NCBI RefSeq assembly: GCF_009914755.1
Contig: NC_060928.1
Source of the DNA: the human T2T-CHM13v2.0 reference genome, Homo sapiens
DNA: 64,000 nt
Direction: 5' to 3' (one strand)
The notes under the pieces are model-generated. The model had not been told where the DNA came from. It worked only from the letters and a program-made list of their open reading frames with translations, and did not search any database. Positions 13,450-25,564 of this stretch are shown piece by piece. How positions within the stretch are numbered: position 1 is the stretch's first letter; each line of letters opens with the position of its first letter. The position numbers and the translations under genes are program-made.

Positions 13450-14220
13450 AAGTATTTATTTATTTTTTTAATTAAACTTCAAGCTCTGGGATACACATGC
13501 AGAACATGCAGGTTTGTTACATAGGTATACACGTACCATGGTGGTCTGCTGTACCCATCAACCTGTCATCTACATTAGCTATTTTTCCTAATGCTGGTCA
13601 TTAGAGAAATGCAAATCAAAACCACAATGAGATACTATCTCATGCCAGTTAGAATGGTGATCATTAAAAAGTCAGGAAACAACAGATGCTAGAGAGGATA
13701 TGGACAAATAGGAATGCTTTTACACTGTTGGTGGGAGTGTAAATTAGTTCAACCATTGCAGAAGACAGTGTGGTGATTCCTCAAGGATCTAGAACCAGAA
13801 ATACCATTTGACACCGCAATGCCATTACTGGGTATATACCCAAAGGATTATAAATCACTCTACTATCAAGACACATGCACATGTATGTTTATTGCAGCAC
13901 TATTCACAATAGCAAAGACTTGGAACCAACCCAAATGCCCATCAATGATAGATTGCATAAAGAAAATGTGACACATATACACCATGGAATACTATGCAGC
14001 CATAAAAAGGACGAGTTCATGTCCTTTGCAGGAACATGGATGAAGCTGGAAACCATAATTCTCAGCAAACTAACACAGGAACAGAAAACCAAATACCACA
14101 TGTTGTCACTCACAAGTGGGAGTTGAACAATGAGAACACATGGACACAGGGAGGGGAACATCACACACTGTGGCCTGTTGGGGGGTGGGGGATAGGGGAG
14201 GGATAGCATTAGGAGAAATA
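13450..14220 (-). mobile_element. L1PA (PA7/8-like), 5'-truncated with 5' inversion
   Basis: ~13450-13595 is the antisense L1 3' terminus; 13596-14220 is sense-orientation ORF2 end and 3'UTR (ORF track: [21 protein letters not shown]). Confidence 0.9.
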
Positions 14221-14304
14221 ATTTTTAAAAGACACTCAGCACCTTGAAGTTCATTTACAATATTTGTTAATAATGCAATGACTTCTTTACTGTTCGCATT
14301 GTTC

Positions 14305-14425
14305 AATAGACTGTAAGTTCCTTGAACAGCAAAGTTTGGGTCTGTTTTGATGACTGGCCCGTGCTCCATGTTTTAGCATGGTGCCTGGAATGTAGTATAT
14401 GCTCAATAATTATTTTTAATTAAAT
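14305..14425 (+). mobile_element. L2 3' end
   Basis: tagactgtaagttccttga..tagcatggtgcctggaatgtagtatatgctcaataattatt. Confidence 0.75.
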
Positions 14426-15733
14426 AAGGACAAATGAAGGACTCAAACATTTTAGAGGAGGGGTTTTCTTTTTGTAAGAAAGGCTAAGAAAGTTATAAGA
14501 GCAGAAAAAACAGTAAGAAAAAATTCTAACACTATGACCACACCACCACTGTTATCTTTTTGATAGCTAATAAATGTTTTATTTTATATAGGCTAAAACC
14601 TAAAATTTATGTTGTAAGCAGATACTGAGAAACTGCTGCAGAAAGACAAACCATGATAGCAGAAATACCAGTGACATTACAGGAGAAGAGAATTTACCTA
14701 TTGAAGCAAATCTTATCATTCATAACTTTGACACTAGAAATCCCACCCTTTCCCCAAAAAAAAAAAAAAAAAAGACTCCACAAAATTGGAACCTCCTGCT
14801 AAAACAAAGATTTGGGAAGTTACTGCATTTCAGCTAACCTAAAACAATTGTACTCAAAGAGGAAATTTCAAATGAATGTGTGTTTTAATGCAGTAATTAG
14901 GAAAAAAGAAAAATACATAAAGAAGGAGAAAGAAATATAATAGACCAAATCTTCAAAACAGATGTAGAGGTAAAAATCGATCATTGTTTCAGCATGTTAG
15001 TATTTAGCAATATTTCAGGGGTCTTTATAAGACCTCTAGGCACTCTTGATCACCACCCAGTATTGCAAAAAGAATAAATTCTGACAAATAGCTCAGAGAC
15101 CTAGAAGTGTAGTATGTTTATTTTGTAAATGTCAAAAAAAGAAAACCTTCAGGAAGAAAAATACATGTGAGAAACACTTAAGATCAGAGTTCTGGGGTAT
15201 TATTGAATCAATTCTTTACTTTTAAAAATTATTTTGAAGTCAAAAGTTTAATTCCAAAAAAATGTAAAGAGGAAATGTACTTTAGAACACTTATAGAATT
15301 TTCTAACAAGAATATGCATTATATGTATATTTATAAAGTACATATATGTTATCAATTCATATATTAAATAGTATATTAGATTACAATTTCTTTCTTGATC
15401 TTTTACATAAAAATACATATAAATAATATTTCTTTCTTCCTATTCCCCAACTAATTACTGTGCACTCTCTCAAAGCTTTGCGCCGCCCTCTGAATGGACC
15501 ACTGCTCTGGGAGTTTGAAAATTGATAAATACATGTTCAAAGTCATAAATTACATTGGAAAATAGGTGGTAGGAAATTTGAAAGAGAAAAGGACATTTGA
15601 GGAATAGGTTAATTTGCTCTTTATGGGGATATAATCAAAAACTTATTTTCACAGTATTAATTAAAACAAAAAATGTAATGGGATGATTATATTTTTTTTA
15701 GCAGTCAAGGATGGATTTCTCAAATTGTATACA

Positions 15734-16052
15734 CAGTTTCTTCCCTTATCCACCGTTCTGCTTTTTGTGGTTTCAGTTACCTGTGGTCAACCTTAGTCCA
15801 AAAAAAATTAAGATATTTTGAGAGAAAGAGAGGGAGAGACCACATTAACATAACTTTTATTACCGTATATTGTTATAATTGTTCTATTTTACTATTGTTG
15901 TTAATCTCTTACTCTGTCTAATTTATAACTTTACTGTATCTATGTATGTATAAGAAAAAATAATATATATAGGGTTCCTTGCTATCTGCAGTTTCAAGCA
16001 TTAATTAAGGGTCTTGCAACGTATTCCTTGAAGATAAGAGAGTACAGTACTG
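15734..16052. mobile_element. MER44A-like (TcMar-Tigger MITE)
   Basis: TIR-like ends cagtttcttcccttatcc / gataagagagtacagtactg; internal gagagaccacattaacataacttttattac. Confidence 0.85.
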
Positions 16053-17694
16053 TATATAATATTTGTTTCTTTTTAAATATTAAATTCCAAGCAAGCCTAA
16101 ATACTTGTGGGAAAATCAGACTGATAATATGGATGCTATCAGAATGGAGAGAAGCCTGGATATATCTAGCCAGTGTTAGGGAAATGGGAAAAAGGAAGCT
16201 GGTGATATAATATTAAAAGAAAAATAAGGGAACCCGAAAGGCACAAATGGCAAGTAAAGCTGTAGGGATATTTTTATCTCGGTCATTTTAAAAGTACATC
16301 ATATCAAACAGCAAAACCTATTTTATTTGCATATAAGCAAGTATATTCACACAGCAACTATGTACCTCCATTTCTGTATAAATTCCCAATATCTTTATTT
16401 ACTATTCTCACTATTTGACTTCAACTGCCTGAGTGGAATAATGAACTCACCAAAAGAAATTTCCAGTGATAGGAAAAGCTAGATTTATAATTTTCCCTCA
16501 AGTTCCCAAATATAAATTCACTTTTTTAACTCCCGAAGTTGCAGGTGCTTTCTATTTTTACAAACACATTTGTGTATGGCTTGGCTACTAATGGATGTGA
16601 TAAATTTTTGTTATTTTATTTTTCATAAGAGGCCAGGCATTAAAATCTCATTTCAATGAGTAAGCCTTAGAACAAAAGGAACTTTATTCCAATTACTACT
16701 GGGTTCTTCACCAGCACGCTGAGTGATTTATTCATCAAGGTCTTCCCGTGGTGCTATAGTTGTATTTCTAACCTATTCAGTGTGTGTTCTTCCCCTTTCA
16801 GGATATTTTTTTACTCCATGACTTCCCACAATTCTCTCTAAGAATCATTTCACTGAAGCAATACTGACTTATTTTTCAGCAAAAGTTTTACCCTTGCTCA
16901 GCAAAAAAAAAAAAAAAAAGAAAGAAAAAAAAAAAGAGCACTGCAGTTGCCACCTGCTGAACATTTTCAATTTCCACAATTTCCTCTCAATAAAATGCTG
17001 GCCAGAATTACAATATTTCTGAATGTGTTCTCACTGGCTTCTTATTTTACACTGGAAAAACTTACCACTGATGTACTATTTCTTTTGTTATGTATACATT
17101 CCAAGACCTTGCATTTTACTACTGCCAAATCAAATGCAGATGGTTTCAGTGTAGAAGGCACAATCTACCCCAGGTCTCTTTCCTGATTAGTATTCTTCAT
17201 GAGGCTTTCATTTCAAACTGTTGATCCTGGGAGTCTCTGGCCTTGTATTTATGACTTATCAATTCGGTACACAACCACTTTTCCCTCTCAAAGGGTGAAA
17301 TGCTAAGATTATTGCAAAATGGCCCTCTTTATACCGTCATAACCACTATTCTTTTGCATTTGTCATCACTCGAATCACTATGTATCAAATACCCACCCCT
17401 AACATATCATGCACACATCATCAGGTTGGGTGTAACATTACTTCTTGAGCACTTACTTAACTTCCTCTCTCCACCCACCAGTTTTCAACATTCACTATAT
17501 TTTTCCATCTATAGGTGAAATGTTGATTTGTTTTTCTCCCATCTTCCATTCTAAATTAGACCTAGACACAAACCAACATCCTCAAACTTCTCAACTACAA
17601 AAACTTCAGAAATTCTGTGTATGGAGAGGTAGTTAGGAAACCAGTCTGGGAAATAAGACCCCACTATAAATGTTGAAATTTTCCATTAACCCAT

Positions 17695-18124
17695 TGGAGT
17701 GGGTTGAATAGTGGATCTCCAAAAGATAAATCCACATCCCAGAACCTGTGAATTTGACCTCATTTAGAAAGGGATTTTAACAAATATAATTAAGAATTTT
17801 AGGAATCTCACCTGAGGTTATCCAAGTGAGCCCTGCAATCCAATGGTAAGTGACAGAAAAGGGTAAGACACAGAAAGGAGAAGGCCTTGTGAAAAGAGCA
17901 GCACAGACTGGAGTTCTGCAGTCACAAGCCAAGGAACACCTGGGGCTATCAAAAGCTGGAAGAGGCAAGGAAGGACTCTCCCTTAGGCCCTTTGGAGAAA
18001 GCATAGCCCTGCTGACACCTTGATATTGGATTTCTGGCCTCCAAAACTGTAAGAGAATAAATTTCTGTATTTTAAGCGACCAGTTTGTGGTAATTTGTTC
18101 CAGCAGCCCTAGGAAACTAATAAA
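17695..18124 (+). mobile_element. MLT1B/C MaLR solo LTR
   Basis: ctgctgacaccttgat..ctggcctccaaaactgtaagagaataaatttctg..cagcagccctaggaaactaa; TSD cccat at 17690-17694 and 18125-18129. Confidence 0.9.
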
Positions 18125-18173
18125 CCCATTGTAATTGCATAGAGCTTACTAACAAGTGAAACACTCCTTAAAA

Positions 18174-18265
18174 AGTCAGTACCTTTGAATACAAGTACTT
18201 ACTAGGATCACAAAAAATTTGAGTCAGTACCTTTGAATACAAGTACTTACTAGGATCACAAAAAA
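18174..18265. repeat. Perfect 44-bp tandem duplication (period 48)
   Basis: agtcagtacctttgaatacaagtacttactaggatcacaaaaaa at 18174 and 18222. Confidence 0.95.
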
Positions 18266-18275
18266 AACATGTAAT

Positions 18276-18400
18276 GGTTCACTTATTTAATAAATATTGA
18301 GCATCTACTATTTGCCACACTCTGTGCTGATTATTGAGAATACACTGGTGATCAAAAAAAACACAAACAGTGTTCCTGACTGCCTGAATAGAGCTGACAT
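18276..18400 (-). mobile_element. L2 3' end
   Basis: ttatttaataaatattgagcatctactatttgcca..gtgctg. Confidence 0.65.
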
Positions 18401-18859
18401 GGTTAGTATTTCAAGTCAAAACTAAACCAAAGGCAACTTCAATTTCTAAAAGAAAATAAATCTTGGAAATTCTTTTAACTGGTTGGAAGTCCTTAATTAT
18501 GTATAAAATAATTAATAACATGTGGAATAAGTTTTCTTCCAAACACGCAACTTCAAAAATGAGGCATTTAGCCAAGTACATTTTGGATATTACTTGAGTT
18601 TAAGTCTTTAGAAAAATGGTTAGAAGTACATGATGAACTCCTAAATAACGATGATGAAATTGTATATACTATCATTTAGGTGAGTGTTTTGTGATTTTTT
18701 TCTTTGTTTTTCTGAAGATGTCAACACACTTCACATATGTTGTGTAAACCTTATTTCTTCACCATAGGTTGTAAAAATTTGGGAAATTCATGAGGTAGAA
18801 TGAAACATGGAGATTCCCTACCTAATCACATGTATTAATAATAATACCACATGTATAAA

Positions 18860-18975
18860 TAACTATCACTTACTGTGATTATTATTTTCCAGGTACTTTG
18901 CTAAGTGTTTTATACACAGGATCTTGCTTGATCTATAAAACAACCCTAAGAGGTGAGTCCCAATGCCCTCCTTTT
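18860..18975 (-). mobile_element. MIR fragment
   Basis: ccaggtactttgctaagtgttttata..aacaaccctaagaggt. Confidence 0.7.
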
Positions 18976-19210
18976 TCGAAGTCAACTATATGCTTCCATT
19001 CTTGAAAATCTCATGACTATCAGATAAATGGTCATGGATTTGGAAATTTGTATGACCATGACCTCTCTCATTGTCCCTCTATACCTTTGTATAGCCTTTC
19101 TCTCTTACAGTTAGCCATTGAAATGACAATTGCAATCTTAGTAATATAACCCACGGTGATTATGCCTTTCTTTTTTAAGTCTCCATTCTTCATTAGGTAG
19201 AGCTAAGGAT

Positions 19211-19867
19211 AGAAACAGCTCTAGGCTTGAGACAACTTTTTCCTCACAGCCTGAGGATGATCACTCCCATTCCAGCTTTGACCTCCAGTGTTACATTCAG
19301 ACTGACATACACATGCCAATATACTGTATTTCCAATACTCTCCATTCTCCCCTCCTCACAATCAGTTTTCTTCGGTTTTATCCTGCCAATGACCAGAGCA
19401 GTAGCGATGCTATATGGATTCTGTGGCAGAACTAACACGGAATTTGCAGATTGTGTGAAGTCTAAAGACTGTCCAATGGTAAGAACGTAAAAGAAGGGGC
19501 TTTAATGGAGCCTGAGGGAATCTGCTGTTTTCCTCATATATTGAATATATAACATTCAATAATTATATTGAATATATGACATTCAATAATTATACTGAAT
19601 ATATAACATTCAATAAGTATACTGAATATATAACATTCAATAATTATACTGAATATATAACATTCAATAATTATATTGAATGTTACAAGCTCCTGTCTCT
19701 CTTACAAGCTCCTTGAGGTCAGGAATCTGCTTTCCTGTTATTTCACCAAAGCCTAGTTTATTCAAATGAACTACTGTCTGGATGTAACACTGGAGATCAA
19801 AGCTGGGATGAGAGTGATCACCCCCAGGCTGCAATGAAAATGTCCTCTCAAGCCTAGAGCTGTTTCT
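19211..19867. repeat. Inverted repeat A/A': 92-bp arms at 19211-19302 and 19776-19867
   Basis: Manual ungapped alignment of arm 1 to the reverse complement of arm 2: 80/92 identical. Confidence 0.95.
19538..19681. repeat. 27-bp minisatellite, ~5.3 slightly diverged copies
   Basis: Unit a(t/c)tgaatatataacattcaataattat. Confidence 0.95.
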
Positions 19868-19899
19868 GTTTGGGTTATATTACAACATACATTTATAGG

Positions 19900-20078
19900 C
19901 CAAATCTTAAAATGTGGTCACACAACCAGTAGTTTCAGAATCTCCTACAGTGTTGTTAAAATGCAGCTTATCAGACTGCCTCAAGCCTACTAAATCAAGA
20001 GCAGTGACTTAAGGCCTGCAAATCTGTACTATTAGGATTCCCAGTTGATTCTAATGTGCCCTAAAGAATGAAAACCAC
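19900..20078. mobile_element. MER5A/B-like hAT MITE
   Basis: aaaatgtggtc..cagaatctcct..ttgttaaaatgcag..aatctgta..cagttgattctaatgtg..gaaaaccac. Confidence 0.65.
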
Positions 20079-20281
20079 CAGCCAAGAAAATTTCCCCAAA
20101 AGGGGATTTGTAAGTACATTTTTGCTGGTGTAGGTATGAAGTATTTATATGTAGGGCAAGGACAGAGGACACAACAATTTCAAGAGATGAGCATTAAACC
20201 ATATGAAAACTGTGGTATACCGTGAAAAGAATACGGGATTAGGACTCCAAAGACCTGGGTTCTATGCTTAACACTGCCATA

Positions 20282-20920
20282 CATTTATTCAAAATTATTT
20301 ATTAAGTACCTACTGTGTAGTAAACATTGAATTGGGCTTTGGATAAATAACAGGAAAGCAAATTCCTGACCTGAAGGAGCTTGTAAGAGACAGGAGCTTG
20401 TAATATTCAATATAATTATTGAACAGTATATATTCAATATAATTATTGAACAGTATATATTCAATATAATTATTGAACAGTATATATTCAATATAATTAT
20501 TGAACAGTATATATTCAATATAATTATTGAACAGTATATATTCAATATAATTATTGAACAGTATATATTCAATATAATTATTGAACAGTATATATTCAAT
20601 ATAATTATTGAACAGTATATATTCAATATAATTATTGAACAGTATATATTCAATATAATTATTGAACAGTATATATTCAATATGTAAGTGCTATGAAGAA
20701 AAATAGCCTTTGGGAATGAAGAATCATGAGAGGGATACTATTATAGATAGAGTAGTCAAATCTGAGAAGGAATTAAGGGAATGAACCACATAGGCCTCTA
20801 GAAGGAAAAACATTCAGGCTGATATAACAGTAAATGGAAGGCTTTGAGGAAAGGAATGTCTTTTTTGTACACAAGAAACAGAAGGAAGCTAATGTAGTTG
20901 GAGCAATATGAGTGAGCATG
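20282..20920 (-). mobile_element. L2 3' region, interrupted by the minisatellite
   Basis: catttattcaaaattatttattaagtacctactgtgt..aagtgctatgaagaaaaata..ggaagctaatgtagttggagc. Confidence 0.7.
20403..20683. repeat. 27-bp minisatellite, 10.4 perfect copies, palindromic unit
   Basis: Unit atattcaatataattattgaacagtat; it produces the NIYCSIIIL x10 pseudo-ORF. Confidence 0.98.
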
Positions 20921-21560
20921 TTATGGAATGAAACAAGTAAGATTCACCATAAGTTTTATTTCCTCAACATATATTTATAGGTCAAATTTTGTTTTCTGTG
21001 TTTTGACTCATAGCAGGCTTGGTTTGTGAAGTTCTGATTTGATTTTCTTAATACAAGAATGACTTGAGAAATGTCCAAGTTTTTGCTTAAACAAATTAAT
21101 CAGCTACGTATCTATATAGTCCTGCTGCCATGGTTTACAACATTTCCTGACATCTCTACCTGTAAAATCATCCTACTGATAGAGACAAAAAAGCCCACTG
21201 TGTCTAAAATACTACTACCTCTACTAACTTGTTCTGCTGATATGTATAGAGAACACAGAAGTTCTATTTCCTAGCCATGAATATATTAGCATAGATTTAT
21301 TTGTTAGATTAGCTAAGAGTCAACAACCTGAATGCTTCCTTAGATACATAACGGTTTGGGGTGGAGGCCTGAGTGAGGAGGATGAGCTACCGTAAAATTT
21401 TGTTTTCATGCAGAAAAGAAGAAGAGAAAGAGGCAAGACAGAGAGATGTCTACATGCAGTCAGTACTCATCATAGGATTTCCAGCAGTTCAAATCCTGGA
21501 CAGCTCAGAACGCAATTGGCTAGAGGTGACCTTCTTGGTTTGACAATGAAGACAACCAGA

Positions 21561-23990
21561 TGATACGCTTTGGATCTGTGTTCCCACCAAATCTCATCAA
21601 ATTTTGGTCCCCAGTGTTGAAGGTGGGGCCTGGTGTGGGGGTGATTGAATCATGGATACAGTTTCTCATGAATGGTTTAGCACCATCCCCCGTTGTACTA
21701 TTCTCACCATAGTGAGTGAGTTTCATGAAATCTGGTCATTTAAAAGTGTGTGGCACCTCCCTCTGCCACTCTCTCTCTTGCTCCTGCTCCTGCCATGTAA
21801 CTTGCCTGCTTTCTCTGTGCTTTTCATCATGAGTACAAGCTCCCTGAGACCTCCAGAAAAGCAGATGACACTATGCTTGCTGTACAGCCTGCAGAACCAT
21901 AAGCTAATTAAATTTCTTTTCTTCATAAATTACCCAGTCTCAGATATTTCTTTATAGCAATGTGAGAATGGGCTAATATAGAGAATTGGTATCAAGGAGT
22001 GGGGCATTGCTACAAAGATACCTGAAAATGTGGAAGCCACTTTGGAACCTGGTAATGGGCAGAAGTTGAAAGTGTGTGGAGGGCTCAGGAGAAGAGAGCA
22101 AAATGAGGGAAGTCTGGAACTTCCTGCAGACTGGTTGAATTATGGCCAAAATTCTGGTAGTGATATGAACAGTGAAGGTCTGGCTGATGAGTTCTCACAT
22201 GAAAATGAGGAACTTATTAGGAACTGGAGTAAAGGTCACATGGGTTATGCCTTAGCAAAGAACTTGGCTGGATTGTGCCCCTGCCTTAGGGATCTGTGGA
22301 ACTTTGAACTTGAGAATGATTTATCTGGCAAAAGAAATTTCTAAGCAGCAAAGCATTCAAGATGTGTCCTGGCTACTTCTAACAACCTATGCTCATATGC
22401 ATGAACAAAGACATGACCTAAAGCTGAAACTTATATTTAAAGGAGAAACAGAGCATAAAAGTTTGGAAAATTTGCAGCCTGGCCTTGTAGTAGAAAAGCC
22501 CACGTTCCGAAGAGCAATTCAAGAAGGCTGCAGAAATTTGCATGAGTAAAAAGGAGCTAAATGCTAATAGCTGAAACAATGGGGAGATAGCCTCAGAAGC
22601 ATTTCAGAGACCTTTCAGGCAGCCCCTCCCATCACAGGCCCAGAGGTCTAGGAGGACTGACTCATTTTATAAGCCAGTCCCAGGGCCCCACTACCCTGTG
22701 TAGCCTTGGGACACTGCTTCCTGTATCCCAGCTGTTCCAGCTCCAGCCATGGCTCAAAGGGCCCCAGGTACAGCTCAGACCACTGCTTCAGAAGTGCAAG
22801 CTGTAAGCCTTGATGGCTTTCAAGTGGTGTTAAGCCTGCAGGTATATAGAATGCAAGAGTTGAGGCTTAGAAGCCTCTGCCTAGATTTCAGAAGATGTAC
22901 GGAAATGCCTGGATATCCAGGAAGAAGCCTGCTGCAGGGGTGGAGCCCTCATGGAGAACCTCTACTAGGGCAGTGCAGAGTGGAAATGTGAGACTGGAGC
23001 CCCACACAGATTCTCCACTGCACACTGCCTCATAGTGGAGCTATGAGAAGAGGGCCACCATCCTCCAGATCCCAGAATAATAGCTCCACCAACAGTTTGC
23101 ACCCTGCACCTGAAAAAGCCACAAGCATTCAATGCCAGCCTTTGAGAGTAGCCACAGGGGTGCTGAACCCTGAAAAGCCACAGGGTTGGAGCCACCCAAG
23201 GCCTTGGGAGCCCACTCATTGCACCAGTGTGCCCAGGATCTGGAACCTGTAGTCAAAGGAGATTATTTTAAAGCTTTAAGATTTAATGACTGCCCTGCTA
23301 GATTTTGGACTTGCATGGGACCTGTAGCTCCTTTCTTTTGGTTGATTACTCCATTTTGGAATGGAAATCGTTACTCAATGCTTGTATTTCTATTGTATCT
23401 TGGAAATAACTTGTTTTTTACTTTGCAGACTCATAGGTGAAAGGGACTTGTCTTGTCTCAGATGAGACTTTGGACTTTTGAATTAATGCTGGAACAAGTT
23501 AAGATTTTGGGAAGTGTTGGGAAGACATAACTGTATTCTGCAATGTGAGAAGGTCATGTGATTTAGGGGGTCAGGGCAGAATGATATGGTTTGGAGCTGT
23601 GTCCCCACCAAATCTCATGCAAATTGTGGTTCCCAGCATTAGAGGTGGGGTCTGAGTAAGGGGTGATTGTATCGTGGGGGCAGTTTCTCATGAATAGTTT
23701 AGCACCATCCCCTATGGTACTGCCCTCATGATAGCGAGTGCATTCTCATAGGATTTGGTCATTTAAAAGTATGTGGCACCTCCCCCCTTGCTCTTTCTTG
23801 CTCCTGCCATGTAAGACACCTGCTCCTGCTTTGCCTTCCACCATGAATAAAAGCTCTCTGAGGCCTCCCCAGAAGCAGATGCTATGCTTCCTGTACAGCC
23901 TGCAGAATTGTGAGCCAATTAAACCTCTTTTCTTTATAAGTTAGTCAATCTCAGGTATTCCTTTAAGTAATGCAAGAATAGACTAATACA
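21561..23990 (+). mobile_element. Full-length MSTA-type MaLR element (LTR 21561-21980, internal 21981-23581, LTR 23582-23990)
   Basis: Two similar direct LTRs (tgata..ctaata(t/c)a); purine tract ggggtcagggcagaa before the 3' LTR; 5-bp TSD ccaga at 21556-21560 and 23991-23995. Confidence 0.95.
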
Positions 23991-24691
23991 CCAGAATAGA
24001 AAAAAAAAAAAGCTTTACAAATAATTCTATGTTGAGTATTTAATTGAACAAACAAAAAAGTAAAAAAAAGAACAACCACAAATATTACCTAATCTCTCCA
24101 GAATGGTAGAGAATCCATCCAGATACACAAGAGATATCAAGTAAATATATGTTCTGCCATAAATATTATAACCACACTCTACAAGTTGCATCAATTCAGA
24201 ATCTGAGCTTATCAGTAGGTACAATTTTAGAACCAATAAAAGTCAGGAATTTAGTTTCCCTTTTCTTTGTATTGCTATAAAAACAATTTATCACAAAATG
24301 ACATCATTAAAGAACCCCACTGAGTGAAAAACAGTTGTTCTCACTGGTTTTCACAGAGCTGTTGGAATGTTTATCAAGTCAAAATCTACCATCCAATCTT
24401 TCATCCACCTGAAATATGAAGTTAGAAATGTAACAAGACAAAACATTTTAATAATTACACAGCTTTTTTTTATGTTGACTTGCTCCAGAGTTAACTCCTT
24501 TGTGTCCTCTTTTTAAATTATACATACATTTCCATTGGAAATTGTATCCATCTAGTAGCTGAAACAATCATCTAAATGTTGACTAATTACAGACCTATTT
24601 CCAGAATCACATATTTAATGCCTACTAGACAACTACAAATATTCTAGGGCGGGGGGTCAGGAAACAGGAGAAAAGAGTGAACATTCATTGA

Positions 24692-25010
<319 letters not shown>

Positions 25011-25025
25011 TCATTGAGCATTTCT

Positions 25026-25430
25026 AGAGCTCCAAACACCTCAGACTTAGTTCACCATCATTTATCAACCACACATAATGCCTCCTTTTACAGATACCTA
25101 CTTTATGCCTTGGATGGCATAATGCCACCCCACCACTGACACCAGAATCTGAAGAATCACCCTGTACTCCTCACTCTTACTTGACCACATACTCAACTAG
25201 TTATGAGACATTTGAGATTCTGCCTCAAAAGTATTTGTGAATATATCCTTTTTCTATATCCTTACTTCCAGTACCATAGTTGTGGCTGTTACTAGTTTTC
25301 ACATGGATTTATGTAGTAACCTCTCAGCTCTCTCCCCTCCTCTTAGCTTGGTTTCAGCAGGCAGAGCTATTCAAAAACTCAAATATAATCATACCCTGCT
25401 CTTGCTTAAAATCTTTTGATGACTATTATC
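25026..25430 (+). mobile_element. L2 fragment
   Basis: gaatcaccctgtactcctcactct..gattctgcctcaaaa..tcataccctgctcttgcttaaaatctt. Confidence 0.6.
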
Positions 25431-25564
25431 CTTGCAAAAGGTTTAAACTAATTTCCTGCCAGTTCCCTGTCAACACCTGTCACAGCATCAGTACTAACCC
25501 ACACACATTTCCCAAGTGTGCAGCACCCAGAAAACAGTGCTCTGTGTGTCTTTTGCATGCACAG

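Larger units (their letters stand above)
19524..20707. repeat. Inverted repeat B'/B: arms ~19524-19757 and ~20330-20707
   Basis: ttacaagctcctgtctctcttacaagctccttgaggtcaggaatctgctttcctgttattt is the reverse complement of ~20343-20402 with few differences; both arms contain the 27-bp array. Confidence 0.93.

Noticed and set aside
20285-20680. 131-aa ORF with ten NIYCSIIIL repeats
   Set aside because: Translation of a stop-free 27-bp minisatellite inside an L2; no gene context
20403-20683. CRISPR-like array of palindromic repeats
   Set aside because: Units are contiguous with no unique spacers, and the DNA is primate
21652-23944. Dense cluster of 60-105 aa ORFs
   Set aside because: All lie within the MSTA LTRs or internal region; fragmented, with no recognisable intact domain
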